From Euprymna scolopes (lineage: Eukaryota): a DNA stretch of 64,000 nt. The stretch is taken from NCBI GenBank assembly GCA_053919585.1, contig CM132805.1; one strand, 5' to 3'. Positions 24,638-38,372 of this stretch are shown one piece after another; the first letter of the stretch is position 1; every line of letters starts with the position of its first letter. A model generated the notes under the pieces. That model did no database searches. It worked only from the letters and a program-made list of their open reading frames with translations, and was not told where the DNA came from. Both the position numbers and the translations under genes were made by a program.

Positions 24638-24836
24638 CAGTTGAAACCCCGGGAAACGGTTGTTTTAAGATACGTTTTCTTATCATGTGGAATATGATGT
24701 TTTTCCGGACCCTGGTTACGATATTTGCCTCGCCTTATGGCGTTATTTATAATGTTATTTGGTTATATACATGTGTGTTATATACTGTACTGTATTTTGT
24801 TACTAATTTTTAAAGCTGTATCCAGGAGTTCTACTG
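24638..24836. mobile_element. Tigger/pogo-like MITE
   Basis: TA|CAGTTGAAACCCCGGGA...TCCAGGAGTTCTACTG|TA. Confidence 0.6.
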
Positions 24837-24907
24837 TACATTTTTCTTGTTCTATAAGCCATAGACGTAAAGAGTGTTATGTTAATTTTAGTTATTATAA
24901 TTTATGT

Positions 24908-25050
24908 TGATGGTGACCAAGTGGTTACCGATACGGATTGGATACCTGGGTGTGCCAAGTTCGAATCCAGTTCGTTCCCCCAAAACACTTTTATCAAACC
25001 TATATCTGACCTTGTGTCTAACCTCCTTGAAAGGAGCTAAATAAAACAAT
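24908..25050 (+). mobile_element. tRNA-derived SINE (related copy at about 26610-26730)
   Basis: A box TGACCAAGTGG, B box GTTCGAATC, and a shared tail ...CCTTGTGTCTAACC...TAAATAAAA. Confidence 0.65.
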
Positions 25051-25082
25051 GTACGTAATAATTACTAAGACAACAACGCCTA

Positions 25083-25472
25083 TCATGAACGTGCGTCAGA
25101 AGCAAAGATGTGTCATTGAATTCATCCATGCAGAAAAAAAATTGGACGGATCAACATTAACCGGCGGCTGTTGAACCTTTACAAACAAGATGTGGTTAAT
25201 GCCACCACAGTTAGGAGATGTGTTCATCGATTTCGGAATGACGACAAATATGTGAATGACAAAGCGCGCTTCAGACTTTTACAACAGAGTCAACAAAAGA
25301 GGCAGGGAAAAGCGCATTTAGAATGGTTGTGACTATGTTGAAAAATAACTTCTGGTGCACAAAAGGTCACTCGCTTTAATGGTACCACTTATGTCTTCGT
25401 AGCTCTTCAACGTTTTTGTGTTTTAATTAACAAAAAAAGATAGGAGGTTTGACTTTTGGAACGGCCCTTGTA
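25083..25472 (+). mobile_element. Deleted mariner remnant
   Basis: MNVRQKQRCVIEFIHAEK start; ends CTTTTGGAACGGCCCTTGTA. Confidence 0.6.
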
Positions 25473-25722
25473 TTTCTATCCAAAGTTATTTTCTGGCTTA
25501 AATTTTCTTAGAAAACCCTTGGATGTTAAAAGATAAAGAGCTTTCAAATCCATTTCCATCCAACCATCTTGTTGTGTAGTAGGGGTTTATATTAAAGAGG
25601 TGACGCAGAGTTCATATTGGGGCACATATATAACGGGACACATGTAATACAGACATAACGATAGTGATGATGAGGGAGAGAAGACATATATATATATATT
25701 ACAGTTCTGGGATGCTTGGAAC

Positions 25723-25766
<44 letters not shown>

Positions 25767-25957
25767 GACATTACTTGTGATGGAGGAGACGGGACACATA
25801 ACTTGGAAGGGTTTACAATGTTCATTATAATTGATGATAAACACAATTACCTTTCGTTCGTGATGAAGGATTGCACAAGACAACAGTTACAACATAATGA
25901 TGACTTCTTTATTCATCTGATCGGCCGGTCGATGACGTCAGGAATTCAAATTTGGAT

Positions 25958-26106
25958 CTTTTTTTTTACACAGTGATCACCACTTATCAAGGCCCGGAAG
26001 CCACTCAGGGATAAGGGTTATTGCAAGTACATTACGGTAGTGTGGAGATTTGATGAAGTGTTTACTTAATGGGGCGGTTCATTAGGAATTTGTTAACATT
26101 GGACTT
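25958..26106 (-). mobile_element. CR1-group LINE 3' end
   Basis: Near-identical reverse complement of about 41665-41810. Confidence 0.88.
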
Positions 26107-26815
26107 GGTTAATCTTCTACCCTTCGCCTCTAAGGAGACTCTCCTCTGACTCTTGGCTGATCAACTCCCTGTCTGACTTTTCTCTTTTGCTCACTGATTA
26201 AAATACGAACCCATAATATGGAAAAAATGTCCTTTGTCTAGTACGGCAGAAGTGTGTTTTTCAAACGTGACCAATTTCACGTGGCTTTACATATGTTAGC
26301 CCAACACACTTTTGACAATAAGAGAATCCTCAATTCTAATCTAACCTATTTTAAACAATATAATTTAATTTGCATTGTTCATTCTTTTAGCTGACATTTT
26401 TGATATTCAGATTTCTAAAAGAATTAACAATAGACTTAATTTCTAACATTCCATTTCTTAACTTTGCCTACAGGGTTCGATTCTAGGCTTATCCTAATCT
26501 CATTTTCACTTATCTAATATTCTTCTTATTTACATGGGAAGGGGACAGCTCTTTTCCATGTAAAAATCTTATAAATGGAAAAGATTAAAACATTACGTAA
26601 ACAAGTTCAAAGTAAATGGTCAAATGACACGGACTGAAAATCTGGGTGCACTACGTTCGAATCCAGTTATTCTTAAATCGAAACCTGATTTTTGTGTCTG
26701 ACCACTTGAAGAGGTAAATAAAATAATACACAGAACAATTACGGTCCCCGCTAGATCAGCGAAGTTAGCGACTTTACGCCTGGTCGATATCAAAATATGG
26801 GACTATTAAGGAATA

Positions 26816-26993
26816 CAGTGTCATCCGGATGTCAGAGATTTCTTCTTTATTCCCTACATGTCTCTTATATTCGGGTTGCACTTATATTCGGGGTTCTTAT
26901 ATCAGGATTAACACAGGCTCTAATTTTGGGCCCCCAGAGAAAATGTCTCTTATATCCGTTTATATTAAGGTCTCTTTTATCCAGGTTAAACTG
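26816..26993. mobile_element. Tigger/pogo-like MITE
   Basis: TA|CAGT...ACTG|TA with repeated subterminal CTTATAT(C/T)CG motifs. Confidence 0.65.
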
Positions 26994-28145
26994 TACTAGA
27001 ATCAAAACGTGTCGACTTAAAAGAATGTTGGTGGGAAAGTTCTTAATCCTTATTTTACAATTGTATGCGTATTTGCTCTTAAAAGGAATATCCAGTCTTT
27101 GAAGAGGGAACGGAGTTTTCTAAGCTGTTATCGCCTATAGTAAGGATTGAACCGTCAAATTCAAGAAAATGCTCAGTTAAAACTGAATGATACTTAAAGT
27201 ATTATTATTTTATCGTTACGCCACGGATCCATGTCAGTAATTCTAGGATGGATTTTAGGAACTTAAAACCTAATCGGGATTAAGGAATAATAACCAAGTA
27301 TACCATAAAATAGTGTACCATAAAATAGTTAACAGTTCTACTCGATCATGGCTGATAGAACGAAAACAATCTTCCCCCTGTATAAATAAATAAAAATCCA
27401 TTTAGAAATTACGCATAAGTTTTCAGGTTTGAAAAGCTGCATTCGAAGAATGTCGTGTGTTATATCGGTCAAAAATGTTTCAATGAATCATACTGTTCGC
27501 TCAAATTTTTATTATTGGAAAAACCACTTGCGTATGTTGAGGGCAAAAATTTTCCCGGTGTCATTCAACGCATTGAAAGCATTTTTACAGGCGTTTTTTT
27601 TTACGTACGAAAAATGAAGGTACGAAAACATAGCACAACTGTTCATTACATATTCGTGTTAAATGTAGGCACGAAAAATTATTCGTACTTTTTTTTTCTT
27701 TTGTTAAATGTTTATATAAAAAAATATTTTTAGACTTACTTTTAAAAAGTACGAGTTAAACATTAAAAGAAAAAAAATATCTGTTTACTCTTTTAAAATC
27801 GTAAATGTTTTTTACCAAGTTTTTAATAGCAAATGTTTACCAAAAAAAAAAATGACAATGAAAAGTATTAACAGATTATTTAATTCTTTTTAAACCTTCA
27901 GTCTGGAGAAAAGATTTTAGCAAAAAAAAAAAAAACAAAACAAAAAAACAAACAAAAAAAACAAATACGTCTAAATTAAAATTGGTCGCTTCTTGTTGTT
28001 CTTGTCATAAGAATCTAAGATTGCTCGAATGACTTGCTGAAATATCGCACAAGAATCGGCAAGAGCAATTTTCGTGTTTTGTCGTACATTTACAGCGCCC
28101 TAGTTTGTCGTACCTAATTAGTAAAACCCTTGTTATAAGGGAGAA

Positions 28146-28434
28146 GGTCCTGGATATGACATTAAACTATTTCCAGTAGTGAGGCCCCAGCTTGCGGGCT
28201 TTGGGGAGTATGGAGCCACCCTTTAATTGTCATTGCTCCCAGGTCCACTCTGACCCGGAGTGGAAGTACCTGTTAGGTTCCCAAGTATGGGTTAAATAGA
28301 AACCGACTTGAAAGCAACAAATATATTCTATTAAAAAATCTTTCTTCAAAATCTTTGGATTCGGCATTAAATAACCTGAAAAAGGTTTATATGCCTTAAA
28401 TAAAAACAAAAACCAACCAACCAACCAACCAACC
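28146..28434 (+). mobile_element. 5'-truncated SINE with (CAAC)n tail
   Basis: 13-bp TSD TTATAAGGGAGAA at 28133-28145 and 28435-28447. Confidence 0.85.
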
Positions 28435-29687
28435 TTATAAGGGAGAAATAAAAATCGATCGCAATTAGAATCTTGTCAACAAATAAATTTTATTACATCA
28501 CTACATAAATCATATTCTTGACCATGCTGTGATGTAATTTGGCAGTCGATGTCACCTTTCCCTAAATTTTGTAAACTATTTTTAAAATTTTATTTTTGAT
28601 TTAAATGATCAATCCCATGAATAAATTATTTCATGCTTTTAAAGTTATTACACCGAAATATTTGATATTTCCGTTTTAGCTTTTTCAAAGTGACACCCGT
28701 GTTGAAGTCGCTTTTCCAACACATGGCCGACATGTTAATATGTTGTTGTGCTATAGTGGAGATAACGGGAGATTAGAATATAAAGGGAAGAAAGATATTG
28801 ATGGAGAATGACAAAAAGACACTTGAATATGCATACATACGCATTTATTTCACACGAGTAAAGTTTAAAAAAAAACGAGATGAAAATAGTAGACGTGAAA
28901 GAATACGCCTTAAACGCTCATAAACACGTTCGAAAAAAGTATGGATTTCGAGAAAAAACGCAATATAGAATGTACGGACTGTGTAAAGTGTATATGACTT
29001 ATTTGCTATTATTTTGGAAAGATTCTGAGACAAACTCAGCTGTTAAACCGATGATTAAGTCAAGTCTCAATTTGAAACCTTGTATCAGCATGATAGTCCT
29101 ATTTGCATTTCGAATTGAATTGTTCATTGTTTTGTTGCACAGTACGATTCAGGGGGAAATAACCCAAATATAGTTCAAGGGAAATAACTGTAAATATGCT
29201 GAGTCGGCAGCACATTATATGTTTTAAATGCTACGTACAATATCAATAATTAGAGTATTAATAATTGCATTTTGAGTAGTTTAGAACAGAGTAGCGTTGA
29301 TTTAAACTAAATATATTTTAATCATTATATGAAATGGATTGATGCTATTTTTAAATGAGATTCTCGTTTCTATTTCTATTGCGTTAGCGACCTTTTTAAA
29401 TCTTGCAAAAAAAATTACACTATTTGGTTAAAGTATTTGCAAATAAACCCCTTTCTCACATAAGAAAGTTGCTAGTCGCTATCTACCCTATCCCTATCTC
29501 TGTCGAAGGTGCTCTACTGAAATCTAATCTAATGTTTCTCTTTGTAAAGGATTCACAGCAAAAACTCGTCTTACTACCACAGCATAAAAATCACTTTCTC
29601 CTTCCATCTGTCTAGCCGCAGACTAAATTTTAATTGGCAAAGTTTATTTCCATGGCTTCTTATCTCTGAACCACATTATCGCAGGAC

Positions 29688-30692
29688 TAGGTGTGTCAGA
29701 AATTTCGTGAAAATAGTGAATAATTCCACCCCATCTTTCCAAGCTTATAACTCCTCGAGAAATGTAATTCAAGCCCTAATTTTTTTTCAATTAAATGAGC
29801 AAGGACCAAGGTTTCATTGAAAAAAAAACAAAAAAAAAAACGTATTTTTTTAAAAAAGGTTTTAAACTTCGGACTTTACAGGTAAATTTCTAAAAAACAG
29901 TTCTTTTATTTGTTTTAAATTTGAATATATAATTTATGGACCTTTTCTCTTCAATTTGTGATATATAAGACTTTGGTACATAAATTAATTATTTACTTAT
30001 TAATAGACATTTCAAAATGGGAGGCGTGAATTATTCGACCCCCTGTCTTTCCAAGCTCCTCGAAAAATGTAATTCCAGCCCTATTTTTTTTTCAATTAAA
30101 GGAGCAAGGACCAGGGTTCCATTAAAAAAAAGAAAAATAATAATAACGTGGTTTAAAAAAAGGTTTTAAACTTCAAACTTTACAGGTAAGAGTCTAAAAA
30201 ACACTACGTTTTTTTTTTGTTTTAAATTTGAATATATTATTTATTGACCTTTTCTCTTCAATTTGTGAGTAAATTAATTATTTAATTTTCGGTGAGTAAA
30301 TTAATTATTTACTTTTTAATAGAAACTTGAAAATGAGGGGGGCGTGAATTAAAAAAAAAACATTTGTCTAAAATATTATATTCAGTTTATTGGAAAGAAC
30401 ATAAAATTTCACATTGACCCTGAAAATATCGTAAAAATAGAATCAATAGAAAAATTGTGATAGATTTTTAAAGTTTAAAAATTGAAAAATATTGAGTTCG
30501 GAAAATTCATTACTGTTTTAAAAAAATATTTCGATTACTTTTAAAACAACTTTAATGGTTTATTTTGGAAGTATAATCCATAAAGAAAATAAATAATTCA
30601 CTTTTAACAGAGAAATTACGAGATTTTTATATTTTATTCGCAGTTTCGTGTTAGGGGTGTCAAAAATCCCTACAAAAATTCTGATACACCTA
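29688..30692. mobile_element. 1.0-kb non-autonomous DNA transposon with 9-bp TSD, copy 2
   Basis: Highly similar to 4496-5507. TSD TCGCAGGAC at 29679-29687 and 30693-30701. Confidence 0.92.
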
Positions 30693-31201
30693 TCGCAGGA
30701 CTACGTCCATACTGATTACATTTGGGTGACTTGAAATTCAATGTCCGAAAAATATCGTCATAACTTATCAAATGCAGTTCATATCATTGATTAATGTTAG
30801 TACTCCTATAGTTTTCCTCATCTTTCGGGCGGCAATCATTTCTCGCGTCATTTACACTTGTCCTTTGAGTGATTATTTGCCTTCATAAGAGATGACTCAA
30901 CAGTAAAAAGGAACATCTTTATGGACGTTTTATTACTTTAGCTTTCGATGTTTTAAATAATGAATTAATCATAATTATGGTATGATATTAAATAGTTCAT
31001 TTTAATCTACAGTAAGCATGTCTAATTCTCTAGATTAAAAACCGAGACAACGATGGCTGGGTCTAAGGATCGACCGTATCTGAGGGCTTTCTTCTTCATT
31101 GACTACGTCACAAAAACGTGAAAGATTATGGATTTCTCCATTCACCCTTTTTCCTCGCCTTATAACAGCGAATGTTTAACATAGACATGGCATGTACAAT
31201 C

Positions 31202-34200
31202 TGAAGAATAAAGCAGTCTCAGAACAGCTGGACCTCCGTAATGGGGAGGGGGAGGTCACTTCTTACACACAAAAAAAGGATTATAATTTCAGTCTATGTA
31301 CTGCCGAAGCGTGTATTCTCCTGCCCGATCTGCAATTGCCCAGCACCGAGAAATGAAGCTCATTTTGTAGTTTACAGCTTCACGCGCACACGAGATTATG
31401 CGAGAACGCACGTAATAAAATGCCTACCGCCATCTTTGTTTTTCCTTTTCTCGGCCTGAACTCACTCGCTGAGCACCCACGGTAAGACTTGTTTTTTCTA
31501 AGCTTCTAACCACATGCCTTCCTCATCTCAAGATCATATTTCGTAGTCTCTCATCCACTGTGGCGGTCGCCTCTCTCTACTTGGCTTCTGATGTGTCTCG
31601 TCCTCCTCCTGTTGCTGCACATTCCCCTCCATTGGTTCACCTTCCACTGGTCTGATGTCGAGAATATGCCTCGGTACTCCGTTCACCACAATGTTGTTTC
31701 TAGTGTTCCTCCCAGTCACGCGACCTCTACTCCATTGTGTGGTGCAGCGCGCCCCCGGTGGCTTCACCAATACCTCATCCCCGAGTTTAATGGTCCCTGT
31801 GGCCTCTGCCTCTCTGCTTGCCGGCTCAACCCTGGGATGTCTCCAGGAATATGCGTAGCTTCTTCCATAGGGCAAATCGCCCGGGCCCGCAGTCAATCAT
31901 GGTCAGATAAAGTCCACCCCTGTAATGGGTGACATCGCATGCCAGTCTCTCCCAGGTTCCACTCACTCCCAATTGACCAACTTCATGCGTGCTTGGAGCA
32001 GGATCAATCGACTGACATCTGTCGCATGTCCTGACCACTTGCCTCACGTCATCTCTACCCCCATATAGTGCAGATTGTGCAGCTCTCGCACGCCAACATC
32101 ATCTAGATCCGATGCAGCAACAACATCTTTCATTGGCAAAAACCAACTCTTCTTCACTCTCGTGAGAGCATCTGCTCGGTTCTTCTCAGAAACCACCATG
32201 TCTACGCGAAGCTTCAAACAAAACTCCTGCATCAGCTCAGCTAGCATCCCAAGCCTGCGCTTTACTAACATCTCTGCTTCCCCTTTCGTTCTTATCCTTT
32301 TTTCGCTTGAAATGAGAGACTTTAGCCAAGCAAACACCGTGGCAGGGTCTGTTTTGATACAGATGTCACACAGTCCCCATTTTAAGGCCAAATTGACCCT
32401 TTTGATTACCGCATCTAATTCCGCTACATTGATGTGGCTGACATCATTTTTCTTCCTTAACAGGCCGCATCTTCTGCAACCACTCCCCCAACTTCCAAAA
32501 CGACCCCTGTTGCAATGCTGCTTGAATCACACCACACGACTCCATCCAATGTTCGCGGTACGTTCCAGATTCCCCGGACTGGGTCTTGCCGTTCTGCTTC
32601 TTTCAGGAGCTCTTCCATCGTAGCGACCGTTCTTCCTCCCACTTTATCATTCCATCCTCTTCCTTCTGCATGCCTCTTTATGTAGCTGCATGCTGGTCTA
32701 AGCCAGCTAGCAACGGGGTAATGTCCGATCAACTTCCCGCATAGGGAAAAAGTTCCCGTCTATTGAGCTCTTGCTTCAGTTGCGGGATCCCGTTCTCCCT
32801 GCGAAACGCTAGGCTGCCGACGCACCTCGTTTCAGCCTTAGCCCCAAAGCAGCCCCTCCGTCTAATTTTTCAGGCGCTTTGGCGACCAACCCAAACCTCT
32901 TCAAATGATCCACCACCTCCTTGGCAGTTACCAGAGTCTCATTCACCAGAATGTCGTCTATGTATGAACTCACTGCCCCATCTCCTTTTCCCATTGTCTC
33001 CAGAATCTTCCTGAAGATAGTTGACATGATCTTGGGTGCTGAATTCAACCCGAACCCCACTCGCGTAAGGCAGTAGGTTTTGCCTTTGTACCTGACTAAC
33101 TGGTATTTCCAGAGCTTCTTGGGGATGTGGAGTTGCAAATAGGCAGATTTTAGATCTACCAACGTAGACGCGCCATTCATTTGCCTCCATTCTCTAATGG
33201 TCTCACTGCACACATCTACGATGTCGCCTCCAGTATAGCACTCAACATGTTGGTTCAACTCTCGGAAATCCAGGACCGGTCTTACTTTCCCTTTAGTTGG
33301 TTGCAGAACGGCCATCAACGGCAAAATGTCCGACTCAACGTCATCCGTCCAAGGCAGCAGTATACCCTCCTCAATCCATCGGTCCATTTCAAACTCCTTT
33401 CTCGTCCCTCCTCTGAGCTAATTAGTGTAGCACGCCACCCTGTTTGTCAGCGATGGAGTTTGATGTTTCCATGCTCACTCCATCGTCCACTGTTCTCCGT
33501 CGAATTCGGCTCGGAAGTCCTGATCTTTGATCGACATTTTTCTTTCCTCCCCAGCCATAATGGTCCCCCCGGGAGCTTGCTCTGTCACTGTGCACTCAGG
33601 TAGTCCGAACCTCACGTTGTTGCATGTGATGGTAACGCCTCCAAGTCAGCATATAACATCCATTCCAATGATGGCTTTGACGCCAGGGACCAGATGATCG
33701 GTGACAATTGCATGGACCCTCATCCGGTGTTCAGCAAAATCAATAGTGATGGTCTTCCTCCCTCGACACTTTACTCGCGACCCATCGAATGCCACTTCTT
33801 TACCCTTCCCTTTCCATCTTCCGACCAGGGTTGTGTGCACCATGTTAGTGGCATAGCCAGTGTCGATCAGGGCCATAACTCCACGTCCTTCCACCACGAT
33901 CTTCTGCTTAGGCATCTTCTGCGAGTGCGCCACTATTCCCGAATCGGGGCGGCCGCTGGCGCGTCGGCTTCCCCTTGCCAGTTTCCCGAACTCGTACATT
34001 TCACCGCTAAATGGCCTCTCTGATTGCATTTGTAACATACTGTCTGTTGTAAGAACTTCCTGCAATTTCTTCTCATGTGTGGTCCCCCACATTCGAAGCA
34101 TGCCACTCTCGGGTGCGGCAGACTTCTGCCCACATCCTGCTGTATTATTGCTGTTGTCCCTCCAGATTCCGTGGGCTGGGTGCTCACAAAGATCTTTGCA

Positions 34201-34939
34201 GTTTTGAGCAGCTCACTCACATCCAGCGTCTCCACTCACGGGACCTGCTGCAAACGTTTCGATATCTCTCGAGAACCCGGTAACGAATGTCATTTTGACT
34301 ACGTGACTCGTGGCGTGTCCACTGATGCCCGACAACTCAACCAATCTCCTTATCTCATTCGCGTAGACATCAACAGATTCACCAGTCCACCTCTTCTCCT
34401 TAAACTTCTTAAAGGCCTCGAAAGGCCCCTCTGCAAAAGCTTCGTTCAGTCGACCCTTGATGGCGTCTGCGTCATCCTGTTCTCTCTCGCTGAGCTCCAA
34501 ATAGAGGGCCAGTGCAACTTTTGAATCCTTGCCACAAGGTCATCTTTTTTAAGCCTCGCCACCACATCACAGTCGCCATTAAAAGGCTTAATCATGTTGC
34601 TTAAGCCAGCGTTGGCCATCGCCGAAATAGCTTGAAGAATAAAGCAGTCTCAGAACAGGAGGACCTCCGTAATGTGGGAGGTCACTTCTTACACACAAAA
34701 AAGGATTATAATTTCAGTCTATGTACTGCCGAAGCGTGTACTCTCCTGCCCGATCTGGAATTGCCCAGCACCGAGAAATGAAGCTCATTTTGTAGTTTAC
34801 AGCTTCACGAGCACACGAGATTATGCGAGAACGCACGTAATAAAATGCTGGCCGCCATCTTTGTTTTTCCTTTTCTCGGCCTGAACTCACTCGCTGAGCA
34901 CCCACGGTAAGACTTGTTTTTTCTTAGCTTCTAACCACA
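31202..34939 (-). mobile_element. Full-length decayed Gypsy/Ty3 LTR retrotransposon
   Basis: LTRs 31202-31514 and 34633-34939 (TG...CA, about 10 differences). TSD CAATC/CACTC. Purine tract beside the 3' LTR. gag with two Zn knuckles, protease LIDTG, RT YIDD, RNase H, then integrase (CDRC, DVTHY) with a core deletion. Confidence 0.95.
33927..33987 (-). promoter_or_regulatory. gag-pol -1 ribosomal frameshift signal (slippery heptamer plus H-type pseudoknot)
   Basis: G GGA AAC in gag phase, 6-nt spacer, stem GGGGAAGCCG/CGGCCGCCCC, loop GCGCCA pairing with downstream TGGCGC. The protease ORF is in the -1 frame. Confidence 0.85.
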
Positions 34940-37151
34940 CACTCTTTACAATCTTTAGTACCACTCGACCGAGAATAGAACTTCGGTTTCTGGATTCATT
35001 AACGAACATTTTAACGATTATGTCAAAAGGTGCCGATATAAGAATCCTTGCAAACTCAGAATCATGTCTTAATAGGTTAGCGTTTTATCAATTTTATAAC
35101 CGTGCCAAAGTCGAAATTATTATGGCTGGAAGCGATTTTGTACTTGCTGAAGAAAACAAGTTGAAATTCTTTGTTTTTATTATCGAAAACGACTTTTCGA
35201 TTCAACAAAATGTTGAAATAAATGTAATTATCCGAAACAACTTAGAAATGAAAATACGTTTTAAAACATTAGAAGCCGTATGAAATAGCTAAACAAAATG
35301 ATCGTCCGCATTTAATAGCGAACGGTTTTGTATTCTTTATTGATTATTGTTTTCTATGGCTATTAAGATACAATAGAATATAAAAAGACACAATAGAATA
35401 TAAAAAGACACAATAGATAATAAAATACACAATAGAATAGAAATGCATATGAATTGCGAGTAATGTGGGGGTACGTGTGCGTATTTTGAACACGACTATC
35501 TCCAGACATGTCTATAATGATTGCAAACTATGCATTAAAAATGACAGAGAGAAGTATACCTCACAAATATTCGAACTAATTAATGTCTAATAAATAAATA
35601 AAGTTAATTGCCCACTGTACACGTGTTGAGGTAAGCCTCGTTGGTTAGAATGTTCAGATTTGAGTTAAAGGTGACTTGTATCTCGGATTCAAATGGTTCG
35701 ACTGGCTAAACAGTTGCGTATATTATCTTTATATAATATTTTGATTGCAGACCAACGTACTGATTTGATTGGACCAAAGTACTTTAGGTTTTCAACAAGA
35801 GATGCTGCATACAAATTTAATACATTTACCCTGATTGCGACTATCTTATGTAGCTTACGAACACCATTTCTTCCATATTCACTTGTGATAATAAAATGCT
35901 ACATTATATCCGACGAGCAACACCAATAAAATCGCTACATCTACAGAGGAAGGAGTCCATATTTTTCTCCATAATTATTTAGTCCTAACACCGCTTCCAG
36001 TTGAGATTGGGACCAATTCTACATTTTCCAACCCTACTGTGATTGCATCGTCCTTAACTCACTAAAAAATACATAGACATAACATAATCTTACAAATTTC
36101 CGATCCAAATCTGATCTATAAATAATAAATTCTCCCCTGGCAAAGACCTCACACTGCGATTGGCTGCGACCTACCTATTCTCTTATTACGGAATGGAGAT
36201 ATTCCATATGAACGAACGTTTACCCCACATTAAAACATGGCGTCACTACGCGACATTCTTTACCCGGCCGATGCTTCTTATTCAAAAACCACATGTGCCG
36301 TTGTTAAATATATTTGAAAAATACATACATTACTAAATTGCCANNNNNNNNNNNNNNNNNNNNNNNNNNNNNNNNNNNNNNNNNNNNNNNNNNNNNNNNN
36401 NNNNNNNNNNNNNNNNNNNNNNNNNNNNNNNNNNNNNNNNNNNNNNNNNNNNNNNNNNNNNNNNNNNNNNNNNNNNNNNNNNNNNNNNNNTTTCTTTTTT
36501 TGTTTTATTATTTGATAATATAAGAAGTTTTTTGGGGGGGAGTTGTGATAGCACAAGGAGTGTTAAAACTAAATTATTTTTGCTGATTAAAATACTTTCT
36601 TATTATTTGCTAATCCAATAAGTGTTTGCTCTTTTTGGGTTTGCATAACTCCGTGACTCCGTTCTCTTCGGTTGTGTTACATAATCAACCGTAACCACTT
36701 CCGGTAGCTTTTTATTTCGAGCACTGATCTTGGACATTACAATGTTACCTACGTAATTGTTTACAATTCAACGACAAAATGATTACGGCTGTCGTAAAGA
36801 CATCGTAAACAGCACAATTTTCCTTAATTTATTATTTCACAGCTTATCGTTTTTTGTTAATTTTGGGATATTTTCAATACTGAGACATGTCAATTCATTA
36901 AATGCGGCTGGTTACACGTGATCATCAGTATTTCAGCATTACTTTTTTTCTAAAACTAAATGTGCGAAAATAAATATATTTATTTGGTTAAAAAAAATAA
37001 AAACAGTTTCGCTACTAATTTTTATCTTCCATAGCAAATGTCAGCGATTTCCCACTTACCTTGTTGGTTTATTCTTTTTAAAGTCTCCTTTATATTTTTT
37101 CAAAATGAATTATTATAGATAATACACTATACTTTTATACAGAAAGTATTA

Positions 37152-37331
37152 TCTACGATATATATGTCTATACTACAATTAAACCCTCATGTTTCCACCA
37201 CTGTAAACCTCAGGTATCCACAAGTATTGGCAACATAAACCTAAGAAACATACATTTTGCCCTTTTGGGGGGGTATTTGTATTCTTCTTAGACAAACTGA
37301 GTCACAGCAACGCGTGGCCAGGTACAGCTAA
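37152..37331 (+). mobile_element. Short Helitron remnant
   Basis: TCTA start; CACAGCAACGCGTGG hairpin, then CTAA|T. Confidence 0.55.
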
Positions 37332-38307
37332 TATATACATATAGTTATTTACATGAATTGTTATATATATTATTTAATGTGGAAATTTGTATGTTATTCG
37401 ACGTATGCTTTTAGAGAAGTATTTTCAGGATTATAGAGGATGTAAGAAACATAAAAATGATGCTTTTATATTATTATGTTTTACTTCGATATTTCGAGCA
37501 ATCATCTGCTCTTTTTCAAAAAGCAACACAATCGTCTTCATGTTTGATACATGGCCTATATCCTTGAATATATATATATTTCTGTAGAAATAAATTTTAT
37601 TTCCTTATAATATATACCAATCCTTATTTAAGGCGCTCAATGTAATTACAGAGCAATATAGTGAATAAATGACAAAAGTATAAATCAAAATTCATGATGT
37701 TTACCATCTTATAATTTATTCCTTTAATTCAGTTGGCATTTACAATTTTTTGCAGTACCTGTTTCGTAGCGCAAAATCAATCACTTAATTATTATATCAA
37801 TTAGTTATAATGAGTTAAGGACAAAATATTTATTCATCTATTCTATTGATTGATNNNNNNNNNNNNNNNNNNNNNNNNNNNNNNNNNNNNNNNNNNNNNN
37901 NNNNNNNNNNNNNNNNNNNNNNNNNNNNNNNNNNNNNNNNNNNNNNNNNNNNNNNNNNNNNNNNNNNNNNNNNNNNNNNNNNNNNNNNNNNNNNNNTATT
38001 CATTAATTCATTTATAAATTTTTATTTATTTATTAATTTATTCATATATTTTTATTTATTTACTAATTAATTTATTTATTTTTATGTTTATTTATATATT
38101 TATTTTATTAATTTATNNNNNNNNNNNNNNNNNNNNNNNNNNNNNNNNNNNNNNNNNNNNNNNNNNNNNNNNNNNNNNNNNNNNNNNNNNNNNNNNNNNN
38201 NNNNNNNNNNNNNNNNNNNNNNNNNNNNNNNNNNNNNNNNNNNNNNNNNNNNNNNNNNNNNNNNNNNNNNNNNNNNNNNNNNNATAGAAAAATGTCCATT
38301 AGCTTAC

Positions 38308-38372
38308 CGTTTTCGAATTCCGGAGGAATATGACTGTCATGAGCTGCAATCAGTTTAGCAATAACTTGCTTC
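38308..38372 (-). CDS. Exon (65 bp) of the same Cys-loop receptor gene, N-terminal helix
   Basis: tatttcag|G AAG CAA...AAC G|gtaagc encodes KQVIAKLIAAHDSHIPPEFEN, equivalent to LxxLLxxYDxRIRP. Its phase 1 end joins the 68-bp exon in frame. Confidence 0.88.
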
